Origin: Candidatus Kuenenia stuttgartensis
GTDB lineage: Bacteria > Planctomycetota > Brocadiia > Brocadiales > Brocadiaceae
Assembly (NCBI RefSeq): GCF_900232105.1
Contig: NZ_LT934425.1
Span: 3,000,001-3,032,000 of the forward strand
Length of the DNA stretch: 32,000 nt
Reading direction: 5' to 3'
Shown here in pieces: positions 30,487-32,000 of the stretch. Each line of letters starts with the position of its first letter. The stretch's first letter is position 1. The notes under the pieces are model-generated. The model was not told the DNA's origin. It saw only the letters and a program-made list of their open reading frames with translations, and searched no databases. The position numbers were made by a program, and so were the translations under genes.

Positions 30487-30972
30487 TTGGCGCAACCAGA
30501 ACAACCGATTAATCTAGAAGAAACAGTTGTAAAAATTAACCGATGTACGACTGTAACCAAGGGTGGAAAGTCGATGAGCTTTAGTTCTCTTGTTGTTGTT
30601 GGAAATAAGGCGGGGAGTGTCGGTATCGGCTTTGGAAAAGCGCGTGAGGTACCAAACGCGGTAAATAAGGCCGTCAAGGAAGCGAAAAAACAGCTATTTA
30701 AAATAAATTTAAAGGGCGACACGATACCACACGAGATAATGGGACGTTACAAGGCTGCCAGAGTATTCATGAAGCCCGCTTCACCAGGTACAGGTATTAA
30801 AGCTGGTGCGCCTGCAAGAGCAGTTCTGGAATATGTGGGAGTAAGAAATATCTTGACTAAATGTTATGGCAAAAGGAATCCACTTAATGTCGTTAAGGCT
30901 ACATTAAACGGTTTGAGATCCCTAAAAACAAAAGAAGAAGTTGAAGAACTACGGGGAGTAAGGATAGAATGA
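30487..30972 (+). CDS. rpsE: 30S ribosomal protein S5
   Basis: 161 aa. The TTG start lies 6 nt after AAGGAG. An S5 dsRBD-like VVKINRCTTVTKGGKSMSFSSLVVVGN is present. Confidence 0.95.
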   Translation: MAQPEQPINLEETVVKINRCTTVTKGGKSMSFSSLVVVGNKAGSVGIGFGKAREVPNAVNKAVKEAKKQLFKINLKGDTIPHEIMGRYKAARVFMKPASPGTGIKAGAPARAVLEYVGVRNILTKCYGKRNPLNVVKATLNGLRSLKTKEEVEELRGVRIE

Positions 30973-31412
30973 ATCTTTTTGATTTAAATGCGGTTCCAAT
31001 AAAGAGGAAACGTAAGAAAAGGGTAGGGCGAGGAATTGGGTCCGGTTGGGGAAAAACTGCAGGTCGTGGAGCAAAAGGAGCTTCTTCGAGATCTGGCTTC
31101 AGCATGAAAAAATTGTTTGAGGGTGGACAAACACCTCTTTTCCGCCGATTACCAAAACGTGGTTTCAACAACATATTTAAAAAAGAATATAACATTGTAA
31201 ATTTAAAGGACATTGCACATTTTGGCAGTGGTGATATAGTAACGATTGCTATACTGAAGGAATCTGGGATAATTAAAAAAATAGGTGTAGGAGTGAAGGT
31301 GTTGGGTGAGGGCGAGTTAAAAAATTCAATTACAGTTGAAGCGCACAAATTTAGCAAAGTCGCAATGAAAAAGATTAAAGCGGCAGGCGGAGAGGCTAAA
31401 ATAATTTCATGA
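30969..31412 (+). CDS. rplO: 50S ribosomal protein L15
   Basis: 147 aa with KRVGRGIGSGWGKTAGRGAKG, the L15 signature. The ATG overlaps the rpsE stop (ATGA). Confidence 0.96.
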   Translation: MNLFDLNAVPIKRKRKKRVGRGIGSGWGKTAGRGAKGASSRSGFSMKKLFEGGQTPLFRRLPKRGFNNIFKKEYNIVNLKDIAHFGSGDIVTIAILKESGIIKKIGVGVKVLGEGELKNSITVEAHKFSKVAMKKIKAAGGEAKIIS

Positions 31413-32000
31413 TTGAACAATTTGGAAATGTTTTTCGCATACCTGAGTTACGTAAAAAAGTTCTAATCACACTTGGTTTAATAGCATTGTGTCGGGTAGG
31501 TGTTTATTTACCCATACCCGGTATCGATACTACTGTATTAAAATCGTATTTTAATCAGTTTTCACAGTCCGGAATTGGGCAATTATTAGGAATGGTAGAC
31601 ATGTTTGCAGGCGGTGCCATGTCTTCCGGTGCTATTTTTGGACTAGGAGTGATGCCTTACATCAGTGCCTCTATCATCTTTCAGTTGTTAGTTGGTGTGG
31701 TTCCTTATTTAGAACGGCTACAGAAAGAGGGTGAGGTAGGCAGGAAGAAAATTAATCAATATACACGGATTGCAACCGTAGGTTTGTGTCTTTTCCAAGC
31801 TTTTGTGATGACGAGAACACTTTACACTGTCGAGTTTAATGGAGTTCCAGTTATACCAGTATATTTACAGGGCGTTAGTTTTCAGTTAATGGCGGCAATT
31901 TTACTAACAACTGGCACTATGATCTTGATGTGGATCGGGGAGCAGATAGAAGAGCACGGGATCGGTAGTGGTATATCGATAGTTATTATGGTTGGGATTA
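31409..32000 (+). CDS. secY: Preprotein translocase subunit SecY (5' part, continues past the window)
   Basis: The ATG at 31409 overlaps the rplO stop (ATGA). Translation is MIEQFGNVFRIPELRKKVLITLGLIALCRVGVYLPIPGID...GAIFGLGVMPYISASIIFQLL, canonical SecY. It is not in the ORF track because it has no stop in the window. Confidence 0.93.
   Translation, partial: MIEQFGNVFRIPELRKKVLITLGLIALCRVGVYLPIPGIDTTVLKSYFNQFSQSGIGQLLGMVDMFAGGAMSSGAIFGLGVMPYISASIIFQLLVGVVPYLERLQKEGEVGRKKINQYTRIATVGLCLFQAFVMTRTLYTVEFNGVPVIPVYLQGVSFQLMAAILLTTGTMILMWIGEQIEEHGIGSGISIVIMVGI

Noticed and set aside
1-32000. Search for CRISPR arrays, transposases or integrases, toxin-antitoxin or defence cassettes, prophage genes, or an uncharacterised multi-gene system
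   Set aside because: Every substantial ORF on the sense strand is a recognisable housekeeping gene, and the remaining ORFs are antisense shadows. There are no tandem repeat-spacer arrays. The only sizeable repeat is the tuf pair. I find no support for a novel system in this window.

Overview
Almost the whole window is one co-directional (+ strand) block of core transcription and translation genes. The order is tRNA-Thr(UGU), tRNA-Tyr, tRNA-Gly, tRNA-Thr(GGU), tuf, rpmG, tRNA-Trp, secE, nusG, rplKAJL, rpoB, rpoC, rpsL, rpsG, fusA, a second tuf, the S10 cluster (rpsJ to rpsQ), the spc cluster (rplN to rplO) and the 5' part of secY. Three unrelated housekeeping genes sit at the left edge. They are a 5'-partial-window J-domain protein (- strand, missed by the ORF track because it runs off the window), a LolC/LolE-type lipoprotein-release permease (-) and chorismate synthase aroC (+). 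The Lol permease suggests a diderm bacterium. The DNA looks AT-rich by eye (not computed) and I cannot assign a taxon from sequence alone. I see no CRISPR array, transposase, integrase, toxin or defence gene, and no evidence for a new multi-gene system; this is an ordinary, highly conserved region. Eight things deserve a second look. (1) The two tuf copies are direct repeats 15,856 bp apart and near-identical exactly over the CDS, with a small mosaic patch. (2) Both EF-Tu copies carry a four-cysteine CxCx4CxxC insertion. (3) The spacers inside an otherwise classic thrU-tyrU-glyT-thrT-tufB-like tRNA cluster are unusually long and ORF-free. (4) One of those spacers holds a 125-nt nested inverted repeat. 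(5) rpmD (L30) is absent between rpsE and rplO. (6) L24, S14 and L33 are all Cys4 forms. (7) The clusters are fused with tight translational coupling and non-ATG starts. (8) Several ORF-track starts appear over-extended and are corrected below. All antisense ORFs in the track that lie inside these conserved genes are treated as spurious.
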